From: SAR86 cluster bacterium SAR86A | GTDB lineage: Bacteria; Pseudomonadota; Gammaproteobacteria; Magnimaribacterales; D2472 | Reading direction: 5' to 3' | Assembly: GCA_000252525.1 (NCBI GenBank) | Contig: JH611156.1 | Span: 578,109-642,108 of the forward strand | DNA length: 64,000 nucleotides | Part shown: positions 22,562 through 33,158 of the stretch, one piece after another | Layout: every line of letters begins with the position of its first letter | Numbering within the stretch: position 1 is the stretch's first letter | Made by a program: the position numbers and the translations under genes | The notes under the pieces: model-generated | Told to the model about the DNA's origin: nothing | Database searches by the model: none | The model's input: only the letters and a program-made list of their open reading frames with translations

Positions 22562-23926
22562 ATGCAAAATGACATTGTAAGTCAGAATGAAGAAATAATC
22601 TCAGTTGGAGAACTTAACAGATCAGCTAAATATCTGCTGGAAAATAACTTTAGCAACATTTCTGTTTTGGGTGAAATTTCTAATTTGGCTAAGCCAAGTT
22701 CTGGTCACATTTACTTCACATTAAAAGATGAAGATGGAGCAATTAGATGTGCCATGTTTAAAAACCAAAATTTAAAACTAAACTTTTCTCCTGAAAACGG
22801 AGACCAATGCGTTTTGAAAGGACAAGTTAGTCTCTATGCACCAAGAGGTGATTATCAATTGATCGTAAAGAGCATTCAACCTGCAGGAGCAGGTAATTTA
22901 ATGCAACAATTTGAAGCTTTAAAGAAGAAACTTGATCAAGAAGGTTTATTTAATCTAGATGAAAAATTTCAAATACCTGAATCTCCAAAACATATTGGAA
23001 TTATTACTTCATTATCTACTGCTGCCCTTCAAGATATTATCTCAACAGTTAAAAGGAGAGCACCGTCAACGCAAATCTCTGTAAGTGATGCATCTGTTCA
23101 GGGAGATAATGCTCATGTCTCTATCATTGCTGCTATGGAACGTATCCTTGAATTTAATAAAAAAACAGAATCTAGTCCTATTGATCTTGTAGTTTTTGCT
23201 AGAGGTGGTGGATCTATTGAAGATTTGTGGTGCTTTAACAATGAGGAACTTGCTAGAGAAATTTATAACTACCCTATTCCAACAATTTCTGGCGTTGGAC
23301 ATGAAATTGATTTTACAATTTGTGACTTTGTATCTGATATAAGAATGCCTACTCCCACTGCTGCTGCTGAACTATTCACAGAGTTTAATTATCAGCTACA
23401 AGATAAATTTATTGAATATAAAATGAAATTGGAAAGTGTGCTAAATAAAAAAATAGATGAACTCAAAAATTTGCTTCTTCAAAATCAATCAAAACTAAAA
23501 AACCCTATTACAAAGCTTAGAGAAATATCTCAAAGACTTGATAATGCAGATTTAAGACTTCAACAAAATCAAAAGTTAATAATTGCTAATTACAATAATA
23601 AGATCAATTTATTAATTGGTAATATAAATAATTTCAATCCAGAAAAAAGATTACAAGATTTAAGCGATAAGGTGAATTCACTAAATGAATTTCTTCAAAG
23701 AGGAATCTCGTCAAATGTAAAAAATATAAAGAATCAACTAATAAAGCTTCATAAAAATTTAGAAATTTTAAGCCCTTTATCAATCCTTGATAGAGGCTAT
23801 GCTATCTTGACTAACAAAACTGGGGCAGCTATTAAAAGTATAAAGGAAGTTTCAAAAGGAGAATCTTTGCGTGCTAGGTTAAGTGAAGGATCTTTAGATC
23901 TAGATGTTAAAAATAAAAATGAATAA
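22562..23926 (+). CDS. xseA: Exodeoxyribonuclease VII large subunit
   Basis: 454 aa; N-terminal OB fold (SVGELNRSAKYLLE...GEISN), ARGGGSIEDLW motif, C-terminal coiled coil. Confidence 0.92.
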   Translation: MQNDIVSQNEEIISVGELNRSAKYLLENNFSNISVLGEISNLAKPSSGHIYFTLKDEDGAIRCAMFKNQNLKLNFSPENGDQCVLKGQVSLYAPRGDYQLIVKSIQPAGAGNLMQQFEALKKKLDQEGLFNLDEKFQIPESPKHIGIITSLSTAALQDIISTVKRRAPSTQISVSDASVQGDNAHVSIIAAMERILEFNKKTESSPIDLVVFARGGGSIEDLWCFNNEELAREIYNYPIPTISGVGHEIDFTICDFVSDIRMPTPTAAAELFTEFNYQLQDKFIEYKMKLESVLNKKIDELKNLLLQNQSKLKNPITKLREISQRLDNADLRLQQNQKLIIANYNNKINLLIGNINNFNPEKRLQDLSDKVNSLNEFLQRGISSNVKNIKNQLIKLHKNLEILSPLSILDRGYAILTNKTGAAIKSIKEVSKGESLRARLSEGSLDLDVKNKNE

Positions 23927-24701
23927 ATTTGATATAAGAATTATTTTTTTATTTTTTTTTACTCTAGATGTTTTATCTGAAAACATTGGACAGCCAGGCG
24001 AATTGTTTCCTATAAAAGTAAATAAAGGTATTTTTACTAGTTCAAATGGATTAATAAAAATTGATAATAGTTATTACAAGCTTGTCCCTCTCTCATTCAG
24101 TAAACAAGGTCAATATGTAATGTTTGAGGATACGAAAATATTTATTCAAAATAAAGATTTTGGAGAATCAAGGATAACAATTACAAATAATGCTCTTGTT
24201 AACTTAAGTGATGAAGACAAAGACAGGACAATTAGAGAATCTAAAATCATAAATAAGGCTCTTCAAACATATTCAAAAAAAATGAAGCCAACATTTAGCT
24301 TTATTAGTCCAGTGGATGGAATTATCTCAAGCCGATATGGAAAAAAGAGGTTTATAAATAACTCTCCAAGATCTCCTCATTTAGCATTAGATATTGCAGC
24401 ACCTGAAGGTACAAAAGTATTATCACCTGAAGATGGGAAGGTAATTTTAATCGGTAATTTTTTCTACTCAGGTAACTATTTAATTATTGATCATGGTCAA
24501 GGGTTATTGAGTTCATACAGTCATTTGTCTTCAATTTCTGTCTCTGAAGACGATATTCTTAAGCAAGGTCAAGAAATTGGAAAAGTTGGCTCTACTGGAA
24601 GAGTAACTGGTCCTCATTTACATTGGACTGTTTATTATGAAAAAGTAAGAATAAATCCAGAATCTTTACTTAAAGATAATTATCTAGAAGCTCTCCTTTA
24701 A
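23919..24701 (+). CDS. M23 family metallopeptidase (secreted)
   Basis: HLALDIAAPEGT and GPHLHW zinc-ligand motifs. Start chosen at the ATG at 23919 (signal-peptide-like MNKFDIRIIFLFFF); an ATG at 23904 is also possible. Confidence 0.85.
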   Translation: MNKFDIRIIFLFFFTLDVLSENIGQPGELFPIKVNKGIFTSSNGLIKIDNSYYKLVPLSFSKQGQYVMFEDTKIFIQNKDFGESRITITNNALVNLSDEDKDRTIRESKIINKALQTYSKKMKPTFSFISPVDGIISSRYGKKRFINNSPRSPHLALDIAAPEGTKVLSPEDGKVILIGNFFYSGNYLIIDHGQGLLSSYSHLSSISVSEDDILKQGQEIGKVGSTGRVTGPHLHWTVYYEKVRINPESLLKDNYLEALL

Positions 24702-25136
24702 TTCTGAGAATATTTTATTTAGCTCGTCTTTAGTTTGAGGTCTAAAAAGTGATAAAGCCAACTCCCCATTAGGATTTATAAAAAAAGTTGCTGGCACTGC
24801 AGGTGGCGTTGAGATCCCCCATATATCTCTAGGATGTGAAATCAAAGAAGGTACTTCTATATTGAATTTTTTAGCGACTGGTTTTAGATCATCTATATCA
24901 AGCTCATCAAAATTGAATGTGTAAACAATCAAATCAGCATTTTCATCTGCAAACTCATTTAATTCAGGTATTTCCTTTATACAAGGCGCACACCAATCAG
25001 CCCAGTAATTTATTACAACCCAGTTGCCATTTAATCTATCAAGATTAGTATTGGGTCCGTTAAATACTTCAATATCATATTTTTGACATCCAACAAGAAT
25101 CATCAAACATAAAAGTTGTATAATCGTTCTTTTCAT
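24684..25136 (-). CDS. TlpA/ResA-like thiol:disulfide oxidoreductase lipoprotein
   Basis: WCAPC active site and lipobox ILVGC. Start at MKRTIIQ (25136) is preferred; an ATG at 25145 is also possible. Confidence 0.8.
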   Translation of the reverse strand: MKRTIIQLLCLMILVGCQKYDIEVFNGPNTNLDRLNGNWVVINYWADWCAPCIKEIPELNEFADENADLIVYTFNFDELDIDDLKPVAKKFNIEVPSLISHPRDIWGISTPPAVPATFFINPNGELALSLFRPQTKDELNKIFSELKESF

Positions 25137-25172
25137 CGCGTACATGATATAAACATTAATATAAAAGTAAAT

Positions 25173-25769
25173 ATGGATGATAAATTTTTATTAGTTTTAT
25201 TTTATTCTGCTTCAGGGTCTGTAAAAAATTTGGCGCACGCTATCAGCGATGGCGCTGAAGAACATGGTCTAAAAGTAAAAATAAGAACAGTACCAAAAGT
25301 CTCTTCAAATACTGAAAAAACTGAGCCTGATATTCCTGATTCAGGAGAAATTTATTGCACCAAAGAAGATCTTATTAATTCAAGTGGCATTGCAATAGGA
25401 TCACCAACAAGGTTTGGATCTATGGCTGCACCTCTAAAATATTTTCTTGATACAACTGGAGATCTTTGGGCGACGAATGCCCTTGAAAACAAACCAGGTC
25501 TTGCTTTTACCTCTACTGGTTCAATGCATGGCGGACAAGAAGTAACGCTATTTAATATTCTTACATTTATGTTGCATCATGGAATGATTATTCTTGGAAC
25601 ACCTTATTCATTGTCTCAATTAAATAAAACAAAGTCTGGTGGTACACCATATGGACCATCGCATGTTGAAAGTTTTAATTCCTCAAATGAACTTACTTTA
25701 GATGAGTATGAAATTGCAAAACAATGCGGTCAAAGACTTGCTAAGCTTATTTTAAAAGTAAGTGAATAG
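25173..25769 (+). CDS. wrbA: NAD(P)H:quinone oxidoreductase WrbA (flavodoxin-like)
   Basis: Start at MDDKFLLVLFYSASGS; flavodoxin-like fold motifs (GSPTRFGSMAAPLK). Confidence 0.85.
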   Translation: MDDKFLLVLFYSASGSVKNLAHAISDGAEEHGLKVKIRTVPKVSSNTEKTEPDIPDSGEIYCTKEDLINSSGIAIGSPTRFGSMAAPLKYFLDTTGDLWATNALENKPGLAFTSTGSMHGGQEVTLFNILTFMLHHGMIILGTPYSLSQLNKTKSGGTPYGPSHVESFNSSNELTLDEYEIAKQCGQRLAKLILKVSE

Positions 25770-26094
25770 CATTCAAAAATATCTTTTTGTTACTAATTCA
25801 TTATTTTTCTTTCTTATTGTTGTAAAAGTTTTAAATATTTTTCTTGAAAGAATAGATTTTGTTCTTTTTGTTGCTTGGCTCTTTCCAATCATATTTTTTA
25901 TTATTTATATAAATAAATTATCTATAAGAGCATATCAATGGTTTTGCTTCGTTCTTCTTATTTATTTTTTATTTTCCTCTTTGAGGATTTTTGGAACAGT
26001 GCCTTATTGGTTAGATGTTACTGAATTTGTTTTAATATGTTTATTATTTATTAATATTATGTTCGGGCCCAAAATTATAAGTAAAATGAACTAA
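25762..26094 (+). CDS. Small membrane protein, DUF2069-like
   Basis: 110 aa, 4 TM. Overlaps and follows wrbA, as DUF2069 genes do in other gammaproteobacteria (from memory). Confidence 0.5.
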   Translation: MNSIQKYLFVTNSLFFFLIVVKVLNIFLERIDFVLFVAWLFPIIFFIIYINKLSIRAYQWFCFVLLIYFLFSSLRIFGTVPYWLDVTEFVLICLLFINIMFGPKIISKMN

Positions 26095-26153
26095 AACCAA
26101 TTTACTTAGTCTGATTTATAGAATATTATCAATCCCCTTCTTGGAGAATTTAT

Positions 26154-27989
26154 ATGAGTAAAGTTAAGTCAATTTGGTCTAAAGCCGATGCATTTTTATC
26201 AACAACGAGAAAACTAATTCTTAACACATTTACAGTTTTAGTTTTGATCTTTGTAACAGTAGCAATTTTTGGAGCTTTCGGTGCAATGTTTACTGAAGAT
26301 GAAGAAATTGATACTGAAAATAAAGTCCTTTGGTTTAAACCAATAGGAGTTGTTGTAGATAACGCAACAAGTTCTGCGCCATCATTTGACGACATATTTG
26401 CAAGCAACTCTGTAAAGCAACATGAATTAGATGATTTACTTAAAGTTCTTGATAATGCTGCAACTGATGAATCATTAGCTGCTGTCTATATTAATGTTTC
26501 TGAACTTGGTATGTATTATGCTTCTGCATTTGAGATAGCAAACGCAGTAAAAAATATAAAAGATAATGGAAAAAGAGTAATCGCATATGCTGAAGATTAT
26601 GGCAACGCAGCATATTTGATAAGTTCTCAAGCTACTGATGTAATGATAAATAACTACGGTCAAGTCTCTGCATTTGGGTTCGCAAGAAAAAGAGAATATT
26701 ACAAAGATTTATATAAAAATATAAAACTTAATTATCACGTATTTGTTGCTGGTGACTATAAAAGCGGTCCCGAACCATATACAAGAACATCAATGTCTGA
26801 GGAAGATAAGCTTGCTTGGAATGAATATGCTAATCCACTTTGGGAGAAGATGACTAATATGATTGAAACAAGTAGAAATCTTCCAAAAGGTACGATGCAA
26901 CAATATGGAGACTCAATCTGGGATTTATCTATAGAAAATCCAGAAACTGCTGAAATTGCACTAAATGTTGGTTTAGTTGATCAAATTGTTACACGAGAGG
27001 AATTAAGGCATTGGATGTTTGAAGAATTTCCTAACGAAGAAAATGATAAAAACGAATATCCTGATGCAGTTTATATCTATGAATATCTCTCAACAATTGA
27101 AGAAGAAGAAAAAGTTTCAAAAAATAAAATTGCTGTTATCAATGTTGAGGGTGCAATAACAACTGGCGAAGCAACATATAATATTGCTGGATCAGACACC
27201 ATAGTTAGCAATATTCGTAAAGCAATAAAAGATGAGAATGTTAAAGCTCTTGTTCTGAGAGTTAATAGTCCTGGTGGAAGTGTTTTGGCAAGCGAACTTA
27301 TTATTAACTCACTCAATGAATTCAAAGAAACCGGAAGACCAATAGTTTCTTCAATGGGAGATATTGCAGCATCAGGCGGTGTTTGGGTCACAACCTTGTC
27401 TGATGAAATTTGGGCAAAGCCAGAAACACTCACAGGGTCAATAGGTGTTTATGGGTTAATTCCCACATTAGATGGCATATATGAATGGGCTGGAATTCAG
27501 GTCGATGGGGTTAGCACTACAAAAGCTGGTGAGTGGGATTCTAGGCTGGCAATGCCAGATTACGTAAATAAAGCAATCCAAGCAAGCATTGATAATTCCT
27601 ATGACAAGTTTGTTTCAAAAGTAGCTGAAAATAGAATGATGCCATACAAAGAAATACTAGCAGTTGCAGGTGGGAGAATTTGGTCAGGTCAAAAAGCTCT
27701 TGAATTAGGACTTGTTGACAGAATTGGAAATATTAAAGATGCCATAGAATCCTCTGCAGAACTTGCTGACATTGATGACTACGAAGTTGTTTCATATGAG
27801 AAGCCAATGGATCCATTTGAAATAATTCTTTCTGAACTTTTAGATAACCTAGATGTTAGAGTGAATGTTGACAAAAATATTGCATCTTTGTTGAAAATCA
27901 TTAATTCTGATTACAAATTTATTGATAAAGAAAAAGACATAAATATCGCATCATATTGTTTTCAATGCGAATTTTTAGAAGCTAAATAA
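26154..27989 (+). CDS. sppA: Signal peptide peptidase SppA, 67K type
   Basis: 611 aa; N-terminal TM and two tandem S49 domains (VNSPGGSV, DIAASGG). Confidence 0.9.
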   Translation: MSKVKSIWSKADAFLSTTRKLILNTFTVLVLIFVTVAIFGAFGAMFTEDEEIDTENKVLWFKPIGVVVDNATSSAPSFDDIFASNSVKQHELDDLLKVLDNAATDESLAAVYINVSELGMYYASAFEIANAVKNIKDNGKRVIAYAEDYGNAAYLISSQATDVMINNYGQVSAFGFARKREYYKDLYKNIKLNYHVFVAGDYKSGPEPYTRTSMSEEDKLAWNEYANPLWEKMTNMIETSRNLPKGTMQQYGDSIWDLSIENPETAEIALNVGLVDQIVTREELRHWMFEEFPNEENDKNEYPDAVYIYEYLSTIEEEEKVSKNKIAVINVEGAITTGEATYNIAGSDTIVSNIRKAIKDENVKALVLRVNSPGGSVLASELIINSLNEFKETGRPIVSSMGDIAASGGVWVTTLSDEIWAKPETLTGSIGVYGLIPTLDGIYEWAGIQVDGVSTTKAGEWDSRLAMPDYVNKAIQASIDNSYDKFVSKVAENRMMPYKEILAVAGGRIWSGQKALELGLVDRIGNIKDAIESSAELADIDDYEVVSYEKPMDPFEIILSELLDNLDVRVNVDKNIASLLKIINSDYKFIDKEKDINIASYCFQCEFLEAK

Positions 27990-28659
27990 TTTCTTTAATT
28001 AAAGGTATCGTTATTTTTCTTTTCTGCTGAATTGAAAGCTCATCAAGCTTATTTAGAATATTTGTGAGGCTTGATATGCTTCTTTCGGTATAAGTTAATA
28101 AATAATTTAACTCTTTATCCCCTATTATAATTGATCGATGTTTTGATATTTCCTCAAACGCTGATGATAAATTTGAATCACTAATTGGAAAAACTTCAAT
28201 CTGATCAATTTTTCTTACCCTGGATTTTAAATCATTAAGTGAAAAATTAATTGTAGATGAATTTTTTGAGGATCCAAAAATAAGCCTGCATCCTGATGTT
28301 TGACAATTATTAATTAAGTTAAAGATTGCAGTTTCCCAATTTTTAAATCCCTCAATTAAATCTATGTCATCAACACATATGATATCCATATGTTCAACGC
28401 CATCTAAAATTTTCGCATCTAGCTGACTGGCCTCAGCTAGGGGCAAATAAAGACTCATTTTGTCAATATCAGCATATTTATTACATAAAGCTTGTAAGAG
28501 ATAAGTCTTTCCAGTTTTTTTTATTCCATATAGAAAAGTATCATCATCTGTATCAAGTATCTTTTTAAGTTCATGGTTAGCCTCATCAAAGTAAAATTCA
28601 TCCAAGCTTGATTTATTTGGCTTACTCCATGGGAAAGTTAATTGTTTTGGTTTATTCAT
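27982..28659 (-). CDS. hda: DnaA regulatory inactivator Hda
   Basis: Start at MNKPKQLTFPW (clamp-binding-like QL[TS]F motif); AAA+ core GIKKTGKTYLLQA; linked to purMN as in other gammaproteobacteria. Confidence 0.8.
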   Translation of the reverse strand: MNKPKQLTFPWSKPNKSSLDEFYFDEANHELKKILDTDDDTFLYGIKKTGKTYLLQALCNKYADIDKMSLYLPLAEASQLDAKILDGVEHMDIICVDDIDLIEGFKNWETAIFNLINNCQTSGCRLIFGSSKNSSTINFSLNDLKSRVRKIDQIEVFPISDSNLSSAFEEISKHRSIIIGDKELNYLLTYTERSISSLTNILNKLDELSIQQKRKITIPLIKEII

Positions 28660-29203
28660 TATGATATTCACGAAGATCTTTATACCAATTAAATGTGTAT
28701 ACAAACAAACTTAAGATAGTTACAAAAACAATCAAAATATTTAAGAAATTAAAACTTATATCAAAATTAAATATCTCATTAATAAAAATGATTGAGATAT
28801 ATATAATTTGTAAGCCCGTTGTGAGTTTCCCTAGGAGGTTAGGAGATGGTGTGTCCGATTCAATTAAAGACATTTGAATTGCAGCACCAATAAGAATAGC
28901 CACATCTCTGCTAATAAAAATTACAAAAATATAAAATGGTATAAAGTTGTTAATCCAAAATATAAAAACTGTTCCAGATAGTAAAAGCTTATCAGCTACA
29001 GGATCAAGTATTCTTCCAAGTTCGGTCTGCCAGTCCATTTTTCTAGCTAAATAGCCATCTAAGGCATCAGTAAAAGATGCTATAAGAAAAAAAATAATAC
29101 TAGTTTCAAAATTCCCAACGTAAATATTGTTGAGAATTGGATAAACGAGAGCAATTCTTATTATTGAAAGTAAATTTGGAATAAAAATAAAATATTTAAT
29201 CAT
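28652..29203 (-). CDS. pgsA: CDP-alcohol phosphatidyltransferase, PgsA-like
   Basis: 183 aa; signature DALDGYLARK-X8-GRILDPVADK; size and TM pattern match PgsA. Confidence 0.6.
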   Translation of the reverse strand: MIKYFIFIPNLLSIIRIALVYPILNNIYVGNFETSIIFFLIASFTDALDGYLARKMDWQTELGRILDPVADKLLLSGTVFIFWINNFIPFYIFVIFISRDVAILIGAAIQMSLIESDTPSPNLLGKLTTGLQIIYISIIFINEIFNFDISFNFLNILIVFVTILSLFVYTFNWYKDLREYHNE

Positions 29204-30219
29204 TGTTTATATTCCAAACGTAAATATTTATCATTTAAAGAACCTTGGATAATTTCAAAAAAACTATTCTCAGTAATCTGTTTTTCAAGTGTTTTGAAAC
29301 CACCGAGCATTCTAACTTCAAATCCAATTTCATCTGTATCAAAAGAAATGATCTTCATTTGAATTGTTCCAACCATATTTTCGATTATGCGTCTTGATTC
29401 TTTATAATCTAATAAAGTATTAATATTGTTAATGTGTATTTTTATTAGTTCTTCTTTTGTTATATCAACAGCATTCTTGCTCAAAAGCATATCGATTTCT
29501 GATTCTATATAGTTATCAAAGTCCTCAAAAAAATCTTCATAAAATTCATCATTGCTATATTGATTATTAACATCTCCTGTGACCGACCAATTATTTAACC
29601 CCACTTTAGTTAAGTCTATAGTTACCACTTTGTCTGATAAATATTTTGAAGAAATAAAGTCTTTTGAATCAATGAGCTTTTCATATTTTAATAAATCAAA
29701 TCTATCAGTTAAATCTATATCAGGTAATTCAATAAAAATGCCTCTCGAATTTGAATAATTAAAAATAGCGTTTTGTATTAATTCATCTATAGAATTTTTT
29801 ATTTCATATGAGGTTATAAAGTAAGGGTCCATTGATCCAGAATCAACCTTCATTAGAATTAGTACAACGGGTCTTGAATTACCCACTACAGGAATTTTTA
29901 GCTCCTTAAAAACTTTAATTAGAGCATCTTTGTCAAAATTAACCTGTAAAAAACTTTTTTCATCAAAATTTTTAATTGAATAGCTTGATATAAAATCTTT
30001 TCTGGCATTACCAGCATTGATTATCTTCCAAATATTTGATGGAGATTCACTCCCACTTAATCTAAATACCATTGTATTAAATGAACTATTAATTGATTTT
30101 TCAATTGATGCAGGATCATTCAAAGGTTCATAAATTACAAAAAGTTCTTTAAAGTCCTTTCCAAAGCCTGTATTAGAAAAGATAATAAGTAGAATTAAGA
30201 AGTTTTTAATTAATCTCAT
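29200..30219 (-). CDS. Secreted protein, DUF2066-like
   Basis: 339 aa with a signal peptide. Divergent from purM and upstream of hda, the position occupied by DUF2066 genes in Pseudomonas (from memory). Confidence 0.45.
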   Translation of the reverse strand: MRLIKNFLILLIIFSNTGFGKDFKELFVIYEPLNDPASIEKSINSSFNTMVFRLSGSESPSNIWKIINAGNARKDFISSYSIKNFDEKSFLQVNFDKDALIKVFKELKIPVVGNSRPVVLILMKVDSGSMDPYFITSYEIKNSIDELIQNAIFNYSNSRGIFIELPDIDLTDRFDLLKYEKLIDSKDFISSKYLSDKVVTIDLTKVGLNNWSVTGDVNNQYSNDEFYEDFFEDFDNYIESEIDMLLSKNAVDITKEELIKIHINNINTLLDYKESRRIIENMVGTIQMKIISFDTDEIGFEVRMLGGFKTLEKQITENSFFEIIQGSLNDKYLRLEYKQ

Positions 30220-30247
30220 AGATTTTATCTCATTAATGATATTTTAA

Positions 30248-31279
30248 ATGACAAAAGAAATTATAGAAAATGATCCTTACAAGTCTGCGGGTGTTGATAT
30301 TGATGCAGGCAATGAACTTATTGAAAAAATTAAAGCAGATGTAGCATCTACACAAAATGTCAATGTTCTTGGAAATATTGGTGGGTTTGCAGGAATGTAC
30401 GAAATTGGCAAAGAATTTGAAGAGCCAATCCTGGTAGCTTGCACAGATGGTGTTGGAACAAAAGTTTCTCTTGCAATGGAATACAATTACATTGACGGTA
30501 TTGGACAAGATTTAGTGGCTATGTGTGTAAATGATCTAATTGTTACAGGTGCAAAGCCATTATTTTTTCTGGATTACTATGCTGCATCAAAATTAGATGT
30601 TGACCATGCCGCGCAAATAATAAAAAGTATTGCAGGAGCATGTAAAAATTCTGGATGTGCTCTTCTTGGTGGAGAAACTGCTGAGATGCCAGGCCATTAT
30701 ATAGATAATAACTTCGACCTAGCAGGATTTTCTGTTGGTTGTGTTGAAAAGAAAAATATAATTGACAAGAACAGCGTATGCGACGGAGATATATTAATCG
30801 GAATTGAATCAAGCGGACCCCACTCAAATGGGTTTTCTTTGATAAGAAAAATTCTAGCTGAATCAGATAAAAGTGTCGATGAAAAAAAAGCAGTTGCTAC
30901 TCAAGTGCTTGAGCCCACTATCTTATATCCAACATTAATATCATCATTACTAAAAAAACATGAGATAAAATCAATGTCTCACATAACTGGTGGTGGATTA
31001 ACGGAAAATTTGCCGCGTTCAATTCCTGAAAAACTTTGCATTGAATTGAGTGTGAATAGCTGGGATATTCCCCCGGTCTTCAAGTGGCTGCAGTCCGAAG
31101 GAAACATACATAACGATGATATGTACAAAATATTTAACTGCGGCATAGGAATGGTTTTATTTGTTGATTCAAGTCAAGAAGAAGATATAAGAAAATCTAT
31201 AACAGAGTTTAATTTTAAAAATTATAAAATTGGAACAGTTTCAAAAACATCTGGAAGTAAAGAAGTTATATTTTCTTAA
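30248..31279 (+). CDS. purM: Phosphoribosylformylglycinamidine cyclo-ligase
   Basis: 343 aa; DGVGTK and GGETAEMPG motifs. Confidence 0.97.
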   Translation: MTKEIIENDPYKSAGVDIDAGNELIEKIKADVASTQNVNVLGNIGGFAGMYEIGKEFEEPILVACTDGVGTKVSLAMEYNYIDGIGQDLVAMCVNDLIVTGAKPLFFLDYYAASKLDVDHAAQIIKSIAGACKNSGCALLGGETAEMPGHYIDNNFDLAGFSVGCVEKKNIIDKNSVCDGDILIGIESSGPHSNGFSLIRKILAESDKSVDEKKAVATQVLEPTILYPTLISSLLKKHEIKSMSHITGGGLTENLPRSIPEKLCIELSVNSWDIPPVFKWLQSEGNIHNDDMYKIFNCGIGMVLFVDSSQEEDIRKSITEFNFKNYKIGTVSKTSGSKEVIFS

Positions 31280-31282
31280 AAA

Positions 31283-31930
31283 ATGAAAAAAATAGCGGTC
31301 TTAATATCTGGGAGTGGCTCGAATTTAGAGGCAATTGCTGAAGCGTGTAGAGCTAATAGAATAAATGGAAAAATTGTTTGTGTAATATCAAATAATCCAG
31401 ATGCTTATGGCATTAAAAGGGCTCAAAAATTTAATTTACAGTCTGTTGTTATTGACCATAACTCATTTGCTTCAAGAACAGAATTTGAAAATAAGATTGA
31501 AAATTCCTTAGATAATTATGATGTCGATTTAATTGTTTTAGCGGGTTTTATGCGAATTCTTGGAGAAAATATTACTAAAAAATACTTTGGAAAAATGATA
31601 AATTTGCATCCATCACTACTTCCAAAATATCCTGGGCTGGACACACATAAAAAAGTTATACAAAATGGTGATGCAATTCATGGTATTTCAATACACTATG
31701 TGACGCCTGAACTTGATGCTGGCCCAATTATCGCTCAAGGAGCAATAAATATTACTCACGATGACAATATTGAAAGTATAGAAAAAAGAATTCATATGAT
31801 AGAACATCAATTATTGCCAGAAATTATTAATGAGATTTGTTTGGAGAATATATATCTAGATGTGAATACTGTTATGTATAACGATGAAATGGATGTGACT
31901 GATCATATATTAATTAACTACGATGAATAA
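31283..31930 (+). CDS. purN: Phosphoribosylglycinamide formyltransferase
   Basis: 215 aa; SGSGSNL, NLHPSLLP and HYV..ELDAGPII motifs. Confidence 0.95.
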   Translation: MKKIAVLISGSGSNLEAIAEACRANRINGKIVCVISNNPDAYGIKRAQKFNLQSVVIDHNSFASRTEFENKIENSLDNYDVDLIVLAGFMRILGENITKKYFGKMINLHPSLLPKYPGLDTHKKVIQNGDAIHGISIHYVTPELDAGPIIAQGAINITHDDNIESIEKRIHMIEHQLLPEIINEICLENIYLDVNTVMYNDEMDVTDHILINYDE

Positions 31931-32603
31931 ATTTTTATTTTTAATGTATTTTTTCTGCGGTGCAATGATTGCAACTGAAGTTACTCAATACAAAGCAAAA
32001 TATCAATTCGATTCTGAGGAAATATCAATATCGGGTATTCGTGAGTTCAAAAAGAACAATGATGGCTATGAATTAAAATTCAGAGCTTCAAATATTGTAG
32101 CAAGTATGTTTTTTATATCAGAGTTTGATATTGATGAAGTTGGGGTCAGATCTAACTCTTATCAAATAAAAATAAGGCCAAAATTCCTCAAAAGAGATCA
32201 GCTAATAGAATTTGATCGTCAAGAAAATATTATTAAGTCAAGTGGAAGAAATACATGGAAGAGCAGTTTTATAAGTGATGAAATAGCTGTAGATCCATTA
32301 AATGCTCAAATTATGATAAGAAAGTTTATAAAAGAAAATGTAAATCAATTTTCTCTTAATCTTATAAACATGCAGGAAGGTGGTATTGAAACATACAACT
32401 ATTCTGTTTCAAATAATATAAAGTGTGATTTTAATAACGAAAAATACAATTGTGTTGTATTAGATCGCATTCAACCAGGAAGTACTAGAAAAACAACATA
32501 CTATTTAGCAGAAGAATTAGATTATATGTTTCTAAAAATTATTGATGAAAGTGAAGAATGGACAAATAAGTTAGAACTTAAAGAGATTTTAAGTTTTGGG
32601 TAG
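31923..32603 (+). CDS. Secreted protein, DUF3108-like
   Basis: 226 aa with a signal peptide. Follows purN with an 8-nt overlap, the position of DUF3108 genes in Pseudomonas (from memory). Confidence 0.45.
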   Translation: MNKFLFLMYFFCGAMIATEVTQYKAKYQFDSEEISISGIREFKKNNDGYELKFRASNIVASMFFISEFDIDEVGVRSNSYQIKIRPKFLKRDQLIEFDRQENIIKSSGRNTWKSSFISDEIAVDPLNAQIMIRKFIKENVNQFSLNLINMQEGGIETYNYSVSNNIKCDFNNEKYNCVVLDRIQPGSTRKTTYYLAEELDYMFLKIIDESEEWTNKLELKEILSFG

Positions 32604-33158
32604 CGTGACTCCTGTTTGCCCTTGATATTTGCCACCTCGATCTTTATAACTTGTTTCACACTCCTCATCTGATTCAAAAAATAGCATCTGAGCAACACCC
32701 TCTCCAGCATAAATTTTTGCTGGCAAATTAGTTGTATTAGAAAACTCCAAAGTAACATGTCCTTCCCATTCTGGCTCAAGAGGTGTTACGTTTACAATTA
32801 TTCCACATCTTGCATACGTTGATTTTCCAAGACAAACAGTAAGAACATTTCTTGGTATTTTGAAATACTCTATTGTTCTTGCCAAAGCAAAAGAGTTAGG
32901 AGGTATTACACAAACGTCTGATTCAATATTCACAAAGCTTTTTTCATCAAATGATTTCGGATCGACAATAGCTGAATGTATATTTGTAAAAACTTTAAAC
33001 TCATTGGAGCATCTAACATCATATCCATAACTAGAAACTCCGTAAGATATAAGTTTATTGCCCGATTCATCAAGACGAACTTGATTCTCTGAGAAAGGAT
33101 TTATCATGTCCTCATTAATTGACATTTTTTTTATCCATTTATCTGACTTAATCGACAT
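32589..33158 (-). CDS. dcd: dCTP deaminase
   Basis: [12 protein letters not shown] start (ATG at 33158; the tracked ORF starts at an upstream TTG). Dcd-like core GHVTLEFSN. Confidence 0.92.
   Translation of the reverse strand: MSIKSDKWIKKMSINEDMINPFSENQVRLDESGNKLISYGVSSYGYDVRCSNEFKVFTNIHSAIVDPKSFDEKSFVNIESDVCVIPPNSFALARTIEYFKIPRNVLTVCLGKSTYARCGIIVNVTPLEPEWEGHVTLEFSNTTNLPAKIYAGEGVAQMLFFESDEECETSYKDRGGKYQGQTGVTLPKT

Noticed and set aside
30233-30508. Cys-rich 91-aa minus-strand ORF overlapping the purM start; it looked briefly like a small Cys-rich peptide.
   Set aside because: It is entirely antisense to the highly conserved purM 5' region. Its Cys and Phe richness derives from the complement of purM codons, and there is no SD.
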